This document shows, piece by piece, positions 49,559-62,200 of a stretch of 64,000 nucleotides of DNA. Origin of the DNA: Bispira polyomma (taxonomy: Eukaryota). The first letter of the stretch is position 1. Every line of letters starts with the position of its first letter. The notes beneath the pieces were generated by a model, which did not search any database, had not been told where the DNA came from, and was given only the letters and a program-made list of their open reading frames with translations. Location: contig OZ287758.1 of NCBI GenBank assembly GCA_965649765.1, forward strand, positions 31,930,001-31,994,000, given 5' to 3'. Both the position numbers and the translations under genes were made by a program.

Positions 49559-50325
49559 GTTTTCAGTTTTATATTTTACAAATTATCAAAGGATCAGTAT
49601 AAGTGAAATTAGAAGGTACTTTTGAATACACATGAGCCAACTACCAGCATGGTGTATGTAGAAACTGTGAAGTTCTAAAAAGACATTAATAACTATAAAC
49701 ATGTATGAATTACAGGAAACATACACACATGTACAACTACTGCCACAAAGCCATTAATAACTGTATGACTCACAGGATACATGCTTCCTTTTTCAACTAA
49801 CTGGTTGAACAATTTTGACAACATTCAGTGGACTACTGCTTGTTTAAAAAAAGTGGAAAGCATATATTATTTATATCTATTGAAAGAGTAGACTTTCTAG
49901 AATAAGGTGTTATAAGTTTTTTTTAAATAAAAAACCCGTATCTATTAAAATATTGACATTAATGTTTGTAGTAATTCCTTGAAAAAAAACAGTTTCCCAT
50001 TTTTTTGTTACTTCTTAGGTGGGAATGGAATGTCAGTAAATTTAATCTATATATACTTTTTTTCTGTAAAAGTATTTAAACCACTGTATACAGAACAGAA
50101 TAAGCTTTTAATACATGTAATTTGTTTATTTATAAGTACAATACATCCTGAGAAAAAGGGCATTATTTAAAAGAAGTATGTAATTAACATCCCCTCTTTG
50201 TAGAATTATGCCAAACATTTACATCTGCTTACCTAAGTCAAGAAGTCAAAAAGTCACAATAAACATTTTTTTTAAATTTTAAAAAGAAATAATATTGATC
50301 TCGAGTTTATTGACTTTGTAGTGTA

Positions 50326-50614
50326 GAAGTCGGGAAGTCACACAAAGGTAACTCTGTCCATAAGTCAAGAAGTCAAGAATTATGCTAAACGTTTTACCCT
50401 AAATCAAGAAGTCAAGAAGTCACTGTAAACGCTTTAAATCTTGTTTTATTAAACCACACGCTTTGCTCAGTAAGTGGTAAACCCAAAGCTCTACTCGATA
50501 TCTCTGGATTTTTGAAAAGTCAAGAGTCATTGAAGGGTTTACTGTATGCTTACCCAAGAAGTCAAGAGGTTAGTGTAAACGTTTTAAACCATTTAAAGGT
50601 TTTTGCCTCCCACA
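50326..50614 (+). repeat. ~290-bp direct repeat, copy 2
   Basis: Matches 44918-45226. Confidence 0.9.
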
Positions 50615-51222
50615 AGAAAGTACAGTAAACAAAGTGTAAGACTTCAACAAGTCACAGAAGAAGGATTTGGTGTGAATTTTTATCTTCTAACATGAGTTTG
50701 GAAGTCAAGAAGTCACAGTGAAAATTCGGTAGAAGTCGAGATTTCAGTTTTACGGAGTCAATAAGAGTCAATATCTTAAAGTTAAATGAACCTAAACCTT
50801 GTAGCCAGACCTCCGCTAACGTCAAATTCTACAATTTCACCCCAGATTAAGCTCAAATTCTATAGATTTACCTTAGATTAAGCTCTATCCCCAGATCAAG
50901 GTTTACTTCACATTGAACATAGACCTCTCTCTCTAAATGTCGAAATTCTGTAATTCCAAAAATACAAATCTGTTTTTGAAGGTAACTTTAGGTTAAATCA
51001 TGTAACATTGAGTTTGTAAAGTACTTTCAAGGGGTTTCTACTGTAACATACTAACTTATGGGTGAATAAATGGGGTCTATTCAATTCTATTGAAAATATT
51101 TATTATAAAAGGTTGTAGTATTTCTCATGTCTTCAGTGTTGCTAACATCTGTACACAATTGTGTTGAAGTAATTAAAACAATCAAGGAGCGATATTGTGT
51201 GTTTATTAATTAATACAGGACT

Positions 51223-52710
51223 ATGGCTTCAATGTAAGTATTCTACTATTTTTCTAGTTTGGCATTAAGATTGAATGATTTAACTAATATATTTATAAAT
51301 TATCAACAATTCTGTGTTATTGTTAATCTATATGCAGTTAGAGGATAAGAGTTTAAATGTAAATATTCTAGGAATCATCTATTTTGAATGATTAACATAA
51401 GGAGTGAGTATGGATACAATGTGAATTAATTCATGATTTACTATTCTAATTTAGGGTGTTAATATTTTAAGAAAAGAAAAATTTATGATGACGGGAAAGA
51501 TAACTCTAACAATAGGAATGGTGGAAAAAAACCAAAAAGGTAATAGTTTGTTATCTTGTTTTTGAGGTTTTCACATATATATATATTGGTGAATATTTCA
51601 GTGATATACAAAAATATACATTACTACAACTACAACCAAACAAAGGTGTATTATATAATACATGAACACCATATATATACAACATATACTATATGTGGAC
51701 ATATGATATCTATAACGTTCACAAACATTAGACATTACAAAATAGTTGGGATTTTATATATAATATCAATCAGTTGGTAAATTATAATGTAAATAGCTAA
51801 CATAAGAAAATGTTAATTTTGACAGCTCCCTCTTTGATGATGATTATTCTGAGGAGGAAGAGGAAGACTCTGACTTAGATTTGACGTTAGTAGAGTCGTT
51901 TACGGCTCTAAAGCCTCCTTCTAAAAAGGGAAAAACGACTAAACCAAAAGGAAGAGGGAAGACACCTGCGGTTCATCTATTAGCGAGGATGGCAGAAGCT
52001 ATCGAACCACCAACCAGACTGCCCACTGGCGCCTGCAATATACAAGAGGAAGCACAACCCTGTCAATCTACGACTGTGTCAAGTGCTACACCAAAAATGT
52101 AAGGATACATGTAGTATTAATTCATCCAACTAGCACAGAGTGACTATGTATATTTTCTATATAATTAATACATATATACTGTAGGTCTCTATAAATACCA
52201 ATACAATATATAATCTAGTAATATATGTATATTTCTATATAATTAATACATATATACTGTTGGTCTATATAACTTATATACAATCTAGTAATGATTAAAA
52301 GATATTGCAAAAATATTCCATTTGTGTTTAGCACTTTCGTGGAAAGGATTAACGATGACCTTAGTCTACAAAGAGATTATGATGAAGGAGAGACAACTCT
52401 TCTAGTGTGTTACAGGACAGATGCTATCCGATTGTACCAGGAACATCTGGAAATTCTCTTAAATAACATATCAGAGTTAACTGCAGCGGTTCAGAGAGCT
52501 CGTGATGACAGACGAGTCTCAATGATGCTGGAATTGGGTGATGGTATCCGAGCAGCTGTCACAACCAACTTTCCCTATGTTTCTGTGCGCCGTTTCCACA
52601 AAAATTACAAGGGTCAGGATATCCCTGTCCAACATAAAGGATTCCTTCTTCTCTTTGAAGATATTGAACTCTTCGCTCAAAGCCTCAGAGCCTTCTTGAA
52701 TAGGTTTTAA
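51223..52710 (+). CDS. Three-exon gene: acidic/basic N-terminus plus PC4-like ssDNA-binding domain (220 aa)
   Basis: Exons 51223-51233, 51826-52098 and 52332-52710 join in frame via GT-AG introns; LGDGIRAAV...YVSVRRF...P..KGFLL; TATAAAA at 51104. Confidence 0.72.
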
Positions 52711-53164
52711 ACCTAATGGATGTTGTGTTAAAGACAGTTTAATAGGATTTGTTGGGGTTTTTCTTTGTTTTTTTTTTTGGTGGTGGTGTTGAAACGTTTA
52801 AAACATTTACTGTTTTTCTCTTTTATTAATGAACTATAAATTTTGGTGGTGGTGTTGAAACGTTTAAAACATTTACTGTTTCTCTCTTTTATTAATGAAC
52901 TATAAATAGTACTCTAATAATGTTACATATAGTAGTCTGCATATCAACCGATTAGCATTAATGATTGATTTAGTGATTTATATCAAATTTGTAATAAACT
53001 TTTAACCAATTTAGCGTTAATGATTGATTACAGGCTTATATCACGTTGTACATGATTTGTTCTTTGAATAAATTTGTGGATGAATTTATGACTTATTTGT
53101 TTCTGGAATGCATTAGGTTTGGAGTTCATAACTGATTATCAACATACATACATACTCACCTATA

Positions 53165-54538
53165 TTATAGGTCTGTTTCTTGACTGCCATAGCTCATATT
53201 GTCTAGGAATATGGGGCTTGTCTCCCTCCTTCTCCTGACGCTTTTTGAGAGACATTTCAGAAGACAAATAGTGATCACCACACTGATTATAATTGTCACC
53301 ACACCAAAGCCACAACCAATTCCAATAATCATCTTTTTATCTATAAGATAACAAACATATCATTTCTTAGGAAATTCCTGTAACTTATAACATCAGATTC
53401 TGTTTATGACAGATTATCTTAATCATAGAAAATTTTGAAACTTATAACCTATAGTATCAGATTCTGTTTATGACAGATTATCTTAATTATAGAAAAGTTT
53501 AAACTATACTTAATAGTACCAGCATCTGATCTTGGTAACTCTGTTGAGGGCGTTATGTATATGACAACGTTATTCATATTAAAGTTTGAAATAAAAATCA
53601 TGTCCAAACTATAAAGACTAATACTTGATTTAGCAAATTCTCTTGAGGACGTTGTGTATATGACAGCGTTGCTCATATTAAGTTTGAAATATACTTACCA
53701 ATACTGGAGTTTGACCCAGGTGACTCTGAGGACATTGATGTAGTGCTAATTGTTGTCTTAATAGACATTTGTGTGGTGGTAGGTTGAGGAATAATACTCT
53801 TTTATTTCCCTATGAATAGAATACTTTCATTATTCATTGAACTTTACTTAGTTTGGTGGTAATATTATAACAGTACGTTCACTTACCACAGAATTATTTG
53901 ATCTTATCTTCTACCTATTATTTAACTATATATATCTCTCTTATAACCTTTAGAAGTTAAGTTTGTGCAAGTAATATACAATGCAAATAATTATCTTGGA
54001 ATTGTCTGGTTTGAATGTAGTTATGTTAACACAAGACTTGGGATAACTTAAACTCTCTATGACTGTTATGGGTATAAAACTATCAAAGCTGTTATTCTAT
54101 TAACAATTAACCACAGACATTTAGTTGTTGTCTAGAGTTAGCTTGTCAAAGTTATAGTATTATTACCATGATCTAGAGTTGAGATAATCATTGACATTGT
54201 AGTCTGTTGTTGGGTTGGCTGGGGTGAGTTCTGTACAGTTGATGATTGGGTAGTCTGTACAGTTGATGGTGGGGTGGTCTGTACAGTTGACGGTGGGGTG
54301 GTCTGTACAGTTGATTTGGGTGAATTAACCCTCTGAGTGGTTTGTACAGTTGGTTTGGTTAATGACGTTGTAAATATCTCACTTTTTCTGGGTTTTCTAT
54401 ATCCAGTTTTGGTTGCCCAAAGATATTATTACAGTTTATTTGTTTTTCTAAACACATGCATTTATCTTCAGCAATACAATCATTGGCTAACACACTTGTG
54501 CAAGCAGTCAAACATACTAATGTGATTAGTGTAAACAT
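53165..54538 (-). pseudogene. Spliced type I membrane protein (signal, Cys domain, mucin-like stalk, TM), degenerate
   Basis: MFTLITLVCLTACTSVLA-NDC...CMC...INC; 21-nt STVQTTPP repeats at ~54230-54315; TM exon IIGIGCGFGVVTIIISVVITICLL...RRRR after the acceptor at 53341. Confidence 0.6.
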
Positions 54539-55089
54539 TTTGCTTGATTTTTTTCGATTTGCTTTGTATGTAATTCCTAAAACTTGACGCATTCACCCTC
54601 TCACAAGAACTAATCTAATCTGACACAGGAGTTTGTCTATCTCTCCTGTGTAATACTTAGCCAAAAGGTTGTTTTTTTTGGGTGGAGGTGGAGTTTGAGT
54701 GATTGTTTTCTAAGATATCTGGTTCGCATTAGAGTTGGCAAGGTAACTATACCAACAGAAAGAAGAACACCATTCTTAACAGAATAATGCACATAAATCT
54801 ACTAAAGCGAGGAAAAACTTGGATAGATATCTTACATGCATAGTAATAACTATTTCTTGTCTGCAATTAGAGAGATACTATCAGTTAGAGTGACAGGCTT
54901 AGACTTATATGTGAATGGTTGTATATATTTCATTTGTGTATGACTTCACAGACTAAAGTTCTTGTACGTTGTCTTCTGTTATGCATTAATGTAAAGATAT
55001 ATCATTTCACTGCATTCCTAATCACCCTCAAAGTTTTTCCTCTCTCTTAAGTTGATCTTCTAAGAGCACCACATAAAATAAATTCCATA

Positions 55090-55472
55090 TTTGTCCTTTG
55101 TTAAATACATTACTGTAAAGATGTATGATTTCACTACCTTCATAATCTAACAAATTTAGATGGTTTAAAGTTACCCCATTTGTTTTCAACAGCAAATAAA
55201 ATCGTCCTCTGTTAAATACATTACTGTAAAGATGTATAATTTCACTACCTCATAATCTAACAACTTTAAACGGTTTAAAGTTACCCTTTTTGTTTTAACA
55301 CCAAATAAAATTATCCTCTGTTAAAGTACATTACTGTAAAGATGTATAATTTCACTACCTTTATAATCCAACAAATTTAGATGGTTAAAAGTTACCCCAT
55401 TTGATTTTTTTCTTTTTACACCAAATAAATTGTCCTCTGTTAAATATATTACTGTAAAGATGTATAATTCAC
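55090..55472. repeat. Tandem repeat, ~110-120-bp unit, about 3.5 copies
   Basis: Recurrent tcctctgttaaatacattactgtaaagatgtataatttcactacc. Confidence 0.88.
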
Positions 55473-56138
55473 TCTGTTCTTTATGTAATGCATCTCTGAT
55501 AGTTAGTAATTTAGGACTTGGTTTTGTTTCATTAAAATTTAGATGACCTTAGTGAACTTAAACAATTATATAGTTAGCACATATGTATTCTTTCTTAGTA
55601 CATATTCATAAAGGTGTGTTTTGTATGAAAGTTCTTATAAATAGTACTCTTAAAGTTTGTCCTCTGTATGAACTAATCTCCAGTAGGGAGTGTCTTCTTG
55701 TTGTAAGTGCGTCCTCTATGTATTAATCAGTTATTTAGTACGAGTGGGTCCATTCTCTCCTTGGTTTGGTTGACAAGGTTTTAACAAACTGATTGACAAG
55801 CTTGTGTGTGTGTATTCATTTAGCAGGACCTCTTTAGACAGGGTTTACAAGGTTTCAACAACAAATCAATTTGTAAAGTCGTCCTTTATGTATGAGGTCA
55901 TTTATGTTGTGACTTTACATTATAAAACAAGAAGTTTCTTATAGTACAAGTGTTAACTGGAAATTATTGTGTAGTTGAACAGGTTATTATATGTGTGCAG
56001 AAGGAAAGGATTATTTTTTACTAAAATATTAAAGTAAGTATTATTTAACTTGACTGTTATAAAGTCTCTGTAGTATTGTATAGTTTGTTATGATGTTAAA
56101 TATGTCAATGTATTAATAATACATTGTGACAGGATTAC

Positions 56139-56286
56139 TGAAAACATCATGTATCTTATTATGATGTATTCATGTTATTGTATTACTTATGATGTGTTCA
56201 TGTTATTGTATTACGTATACTAATACATATATGTATAAGTAATACAATAACATGAATACATCATAATAAGATACATGATGTTTTCA
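56139..56286. repeat. 52-bp perfect inverted repeat (hairpin)
   Basis: Arms 56139-56190 and 56235-56286. Confidence 0.9.
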
Positions 56287-56327
56287 CTTTCATCTATTGC
56301 TGACACTCTGCTATTTGTTTGTTATAG

Positions 56328-56477
56328 ATGGCACAGAATTATGCTCCTCTAACAGTTTTAGAAAGGCAAGAGCTTCAAAACCAACCAAATGTAACTATGA
56401 TAGAAGAGTGGGCCAAAGTTAGAGATATATCTAATCATCCTGAGGTGCTTCAAAAGATTGTTGATAAAGTTAGAGAG
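56328..56477 (+). other. Probable coding exon (50 codons), unknown gene
   Basis: gttatag|ATG...GAG|gtaggt, open throughout; no downstream exon identified. Confidence 0.45.
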
Positions 56478-57231
56478 GTAGGTAACAAATATTTACTTTA
56501 TTTGTAGCAAAAAAAAAGTACAAAAGTATGAGATTCTTTCCTTAAACCTGAAATTACCTTTGAACAGAGTTACAAGTTTAACAATCATATATTATTAAAA
56601 TAAATTACTATGTAACTGTACATAGTATTAATAACTTCCCATGTGGTCTATTTGACACATTCTTGTTTAAAACAGTATTAGTAGTAGATTCAAAGAAGTC
56701 AGAATATTTAATTAAGAATTACTGGAATGTATTAAATCTTAATAATAGAATTAACAGTATTGTTTGGTGGAATTATATTTAACACTAACTGTAACTTTAA
56801 CGTTCTGATACTTTAAATTTAGTTTGATTTATTATTACTAAGTAAAATTACATTTTTTTACAAATTTTATTAACTTGCATATATCAGAACACATCTTGGT
56901 AAAAAAAAAACTATATAATTACTCTGTTTACAAAAATCACAGAAAAATATCAATATATAATAATAACAGTAATATTAACAAAAACAAAACCACACAATCA
57001 CAGCATAACATCAGTAATAATAAAATAAACTTGTAAGGGTGTTGTCTACTCAATTACAGTATAATAACAGTAATATAAATAATCACATAAGTTGTTTGTC
57101 TACCTAATCACTGTGCATTAACAATATAATATTCACATAAGGGTTCCACAGATAATATATATTTACCAAATCACAGTTAAACTTAACTAATAACTAAGTA
57201 CCTGAATCAGAATCTAATTAGAGGTACTGCA

Positions 57232-58903
57232 TTAATATATGGTTGTTATAACAGAATCCATTGAGTTGGTCCTATAGGACAGTCCTTTAAAGGAAACATC
57301 CTTGTCAACTTGGTAATGAGTAGTAGGTCCTGGTTTAGAACCTAGTTTCAGAGAGTTCAGTAGTGTTTTTGGACCTCGTCTGGACTCCACTGCTCCTTCC
57401 ACTTTGTCTTTTGCCTTTACCTTTGGGATAGTTCTGTATATTGAAACACCAAATATTAGCTAGTTTTAGTTGAAGTTGAAGGAATACAAGATATTTAACA
57501 GGTTAACATTATAAAGTTAGTCAATGGGATCTCTTACTAACCTCCACTAATTATTTTTAGAAGCATTTTATCTATACTTCCACTTCTCCTATTATATGTG
57601 AGGGAGATACTATAGTGCTGGTATGCCTGGTTTTTTCAGGATGTTACTACCAGTTCATTTACTCAGATTAACATTTACTTCTACTTCTAAGATATTTAAC
57701 CTGTACTAAATATATTTAGAAGCATTTATCTATACTTCCACTTCTCCTATTATATGTGAGGGAGATACTATAGTGCTGGTATGCCTGGTTTTTTCAGGAT
57801 GTTACTACTAGTTCATTTACTCAGATTAACATTTACTTCTACTTCTAAGATATTTAACCTGTACTAATATTATTTATTTATTTACTAGTATTGTGTCTAT
57901 ACTTCCACTTATCAATATATGTAAGAATACTACTACCACTAGTACATTTACTCAGATTAATAGTTCACTTGTACTTAAACAATAGTTAAACATTATTTTT
58001 AACATATATATACTAACCCTGGGTTAAGTTCTCTTGGTTTTAGAGGCTCGGGTCGCTTTGATCCCTGGCTGATGTAGTGCTCTGGTGTCCTTAACTCTTC
58101 TTGAGGTGGATCCGCTGTAACAACATGTCTTGGAAGTCCAGACATTCTTGAATTTCCTCTGTAATTCAAAATAAAGGAATTAAATACATGGATATATATT
58201 TTATTTTACATTGGATATTAGTTTAGGGTGTATTCTAATGCCTAATTTAATTAACCTGATAATAATAAGTGACACTACTTACCACTACATAAAAATTAAA
58301 AGTCTTGTGCACTTGACAGATTCCTATATCTGAATCAACATCACATTTATTTGGATATTAATAATAAGAAGTGTTATACCTTTCTGGGTCTTGTCCTGAT
58401 GCTGATCCACTATGATTCCTCCAGCACATACGTTCTTGTTTCCGGAGATAGTTTACTGTTCTTCTGATACCCTCAATCATAATACCCACATATGTGGCAA
58501 TTAGCACTCCAACTGTCACCCAATTTGGGACGTTGTCATCGTGACTTGTTATGTTTGTATTCTCTTCTTTCTCTGGTAATTCAACTTTTACCCCGGTAAG
58601 TCCGTTACAACCACCGTACATGGTTACCTGTACCCCGTTCGGGCAGTTCACAGTTACTGTATTAATAAAATTCATAGATTCCAAGTTTGGAAAGGCATTC
58701 ACCAGTTTACTAACATCTACTATGCTGTCCTTAAACACTGCATGGATAAATCTAACTGACACCGAGTACACTGTTTTTAAATCAACATTGTCACACTCGA
58801 CCCTCGATAGTCCACAACTGCATCCACTTGGGCATCCCCACACATTAACACAAAACATCAACACTATTATAACCACAACTAATTCTAGAGATCTACAGTT
58901 CAT
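57232..58903 (-). CDS. Three-exon type I membrane protein with LRRNT-like Cys cap (288 aa)
   Basis: Signal peptide, CPSGCSC...VEC, TM; exons 58903-58380, 58158-58018 and 57433-57232 splice in frame. Confidence 0.65.
57555..57960. repeat. Intronic ~160-bp tandem duplication
   Basis: 57555-57708 nearly identical to 57715-57867, plus a partial third copy. Confidence 0.88.
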
Positions 58904-59088
58904 CTTGTTTGTATTTACTTATTATTCCTTGATTTAACTTTCGTCCTACAAAATAACCACGCTTTCCACAAGTTTTGGTTCGTACTAAATTTTCTGCGTA
59001 CAATAACTGAATATAAACCGGATTATAAGAGTTATCGACAAATTTTACAGGTTTTCTTGCTACATAAAGTACTTGTGTAAAATAATAA

Positions 59089-59196
59089 GGTAAACGTAAA
59101 ATGTTTATATTGACTATTGTTGTATTACTTATACATATACATATTATAATGTATAAGTAATACAACAATAGTCAATTTAAACATTTTACGTTTACC
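59089..59196. repeat. ~47-bp inverted repeat upstream of polB
   Basis: Arms 59089-59135 and 59150-59196, one mismatch. Confidence 0.9.
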
Positions 59197-59217
59197 ACCT
59201 TCTTTTTATTTTAATAG

Positions 59218-62200
59218 ATGATGAAGAGTTATTCGACTGCTGACCAATTCCAAGAACGTATAGGGCAGACACAGAGTAACAATACACCTTCAAATATAGA
59301 AGAGGTGGTAAAGCTGCATTGGAACTGTACAAAGTGTGGGTTGACTCTACACCAACAACAGAAATGGAAGAAACATCAACAAAGCTGTCAAGGTTTATTG
59401 TGTGTTCCAAATAAGAAATTTCAGTGTGGGTATTGTTTAAAACTCTATGGTCTAAAATCTAGTTTCAAGAGACATTCTTTAAAATGTAAAGGAATTGAAA
59501 CTGAGAAGGTTTTGTTTACATGTAAGAAATGTAAAAAATCGTACATATCAAAGGTTAATTACACAAAGCATATAAAAATCTGTAGTAAACCAAACACAGA
59601 TCCAACTATTTACAGGTGTAGTTTGTGTAATGAACAATTCCTAAGCAGGTCCTATCTATACGTGCATAGGATAAATCAACATGGTGGTGGTGACACTAAT
59701 AGATCTGAAGATTCTGATTCTAGTGAATTTCAGTTGCATTCTCCACCATGGTTGATCCTGAATTGCAAAAGATTTATGATTCAAATGCTGCTCACATATT
59801 AGCTCCACACCAAACAGAGGGTGTAGTAAAAAAATACAATTTTCCAACAGAGAATTTAGATGGAGGTGTGGGTGAGATAATGAAACGTATAGAACACATT
59901 TTAAAAGAACAAAACAAAGCTTTCAAGATTAATATTAATTTAGGGTTTATTTTAAAAAACAAACGTACTGGTGAGTACAGATATTATGTTCGATATGCCA
60001 ATTCCTATTTATTTCCAAAACCTTACACTATAACTAGAATGACAAGTTTAAGAGCTTTAAAAAACAAATTAAAGAAGTTAAATCCTACTGAATATATTAT
60101 GAACAATCGACCTAACAGTAGGTATGTCCCTGTTTTTATCACTAACCTACGAATAGATGTTGCCTTGTTAGATTATGTTTTAGGGAAATCTGTAGAAGTT
60201 CCTGACTTTGTAAAAAGATATAAAAGTGTATTCACTTTCCTCACATCCCCTAAGTCTGGAAAAACATATTCTGATAATTTGTGTTTCTTTCGCTGTTTAG
60301 CTTGTCATGAGTTGAAATCTAAATACTCGATTGACATTTTAGCCAAAACTAAATTTGAGGAGTGGATTGATTTTACTGGTAGAAATGTGAAAGATTTTAA
60401 GGGTGTAACTTTAGATGATTTACCTGATTTAGAACAGTGTTTTCAGGTTAATATTTCTGTATTCCAATTATTAGAAAATTCTTGTGTTTTAACACATTAT
60501 ACTTCTTCCTGTGATTTTGGAACTTCTTTTTTTTAGATAAACAAGAAGGTCATCTGTCTTATGTAACCAATCTGAACTTGTATGCAAAAAAGTATCAATG
60601 CTCAAAATGTGAAAGACATTTTAAACAACGTTCTTACCTTTCAAAACATTTCAGACACTGCTCAAATGTGACTAAATTAAAATTTCCAGGTGGGTTTTAT
60701 AGATCTAGTGAGAATGTATTTCAAGAACTTGAAAAGTATAACATTTTGATTCCTTTGAAAGATAGATTCTTTCCATATTTTATTACTTATGATTTTGAGG
60801 CAATTCTTCAAAAGCAAACTGAGCAATCTTTTGGGCAAAGAAAACTATCTTGGAAAGAACAACATATACCAATATCAGTTGGGGTAGGGTCAAATGTAGA
60901 CACTTTTGAAACTGGTAAATGTTTTGTTGATTTTAATCTTGACGAGTTGTTATCACAAATGGTAAATTATATGGAAGAAATTTCATTAAAAGCAAAGTCA
61001 ATACAAAAGGTTAAATTCTCTGCTGCTTTTGAAAGATTAGACAACCTTCTAGAAAATATAAAGAAAAGATTTGGAGATTCTGATATTACAGATTTACTGC
61101 AGAGTGGTATTCAAGATTCTAAAGACTTTGAGATTGAAGAAAGCGAAGAAGTTGAAAAAACTAATACAAAGTTTGAGTCAAGATTAAAAAAACAAAATTA
61201 CTTTGACAAAGCTATGGTTAAGTTACTGCAGACAAATAATCTCCAGGTAGATTATAACAGTTATAGTGATGAAAGTGATGAGGACATTGATAATGGCAAT
61301 GAAGCTAATGAGGATACCTTTTTGGAGACTCTTCTTCATGCAGATCAAATACCAGAAGAATCAGATAAAACTTTAAAACAGAAATTACCATCTAGAAGCC
61401 TTTTTGTAAAAACAATGTGCAAGAAAATTCATAACTTAAGGGAACGTTTGGAAACTTATTGTCAGTGTACCCCTGTGCTAGGTTTTAATTCTTCAAAATA
61501 CGACCTAAACTTAGTCAAATCCAAATTATGCAAATATTTAAAGTTAGATGAGAAAGAAAGGAAATGTTTTACTGTGAAAAGAAACAACACATATTTGACT
61601 ATTTCTACACCTACTTTAAAATTTCTGGATATTAGTAATTTTATTGCACCAGGTTATTCATATTCACAATTTTTGAAAAGTTATAATGTCAGTGAGGAAA
61701 AAGGATTCTTCTGTTATCAATATCTCAGAAGTCCTGATGTCTTAGACGAAACGAGTCTCCCCACATATGACAGTTTTTACAGTGATTTAAAGAATTGCAA
61801 TGTATTAGAAAGTGATGTTTCACAGTGGAAGGTAAAGTATAATGTTACTGTAGGGAGTCAAGATGTTGAGTACAATTGTTATAACAAACCATCAAAAAGT
61901 AGTAGCTCAACACTTTCATACCTAAATCTAGAGAGAGAAGTGAACTTCTGTGGACATTGCACTAAATTGCAATGTATTTGTGCAAGTAAACCTAAGACTG
62001 GATTTCAAAATTACTTAAACTTATTGAGAATATGGAATGAAACTAACATGCAAACTATACGTGATTTCTTAATTTGGTACAATTTAAAGGATATAAATCC
62101 TTTCACTGAAGCTATTTCAAACTTCCAACAGTTTTATAAAAGAAGTGGTATAGATGTATTCAAAGATGCTATTTCAGTACCTGGTGTAGCTAGGAAAATG

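Noticed and set aside
45223-50720. ProtoRAG transposon with RSS-like ends (CACAGTA at 45223, CACAGTG at ~50714)
   Set aside because: No properly spaced nonamer, the motifs are not inverted, there is no RAG2-like ORF, and the core motifs fit Chapaev.
55090-55472. CRISPR-like array (also the AAGTCAAGAAGTCA repeats)
   Set aside because: The intervening sequences are themselves repeated, there are no cas genes, and the context is eukaryotic.
59218-59802. Independent host C2H2 zinc-finger gene
   Set aside because: It overlaps and continues by frameshift into the polB N-terminal region.
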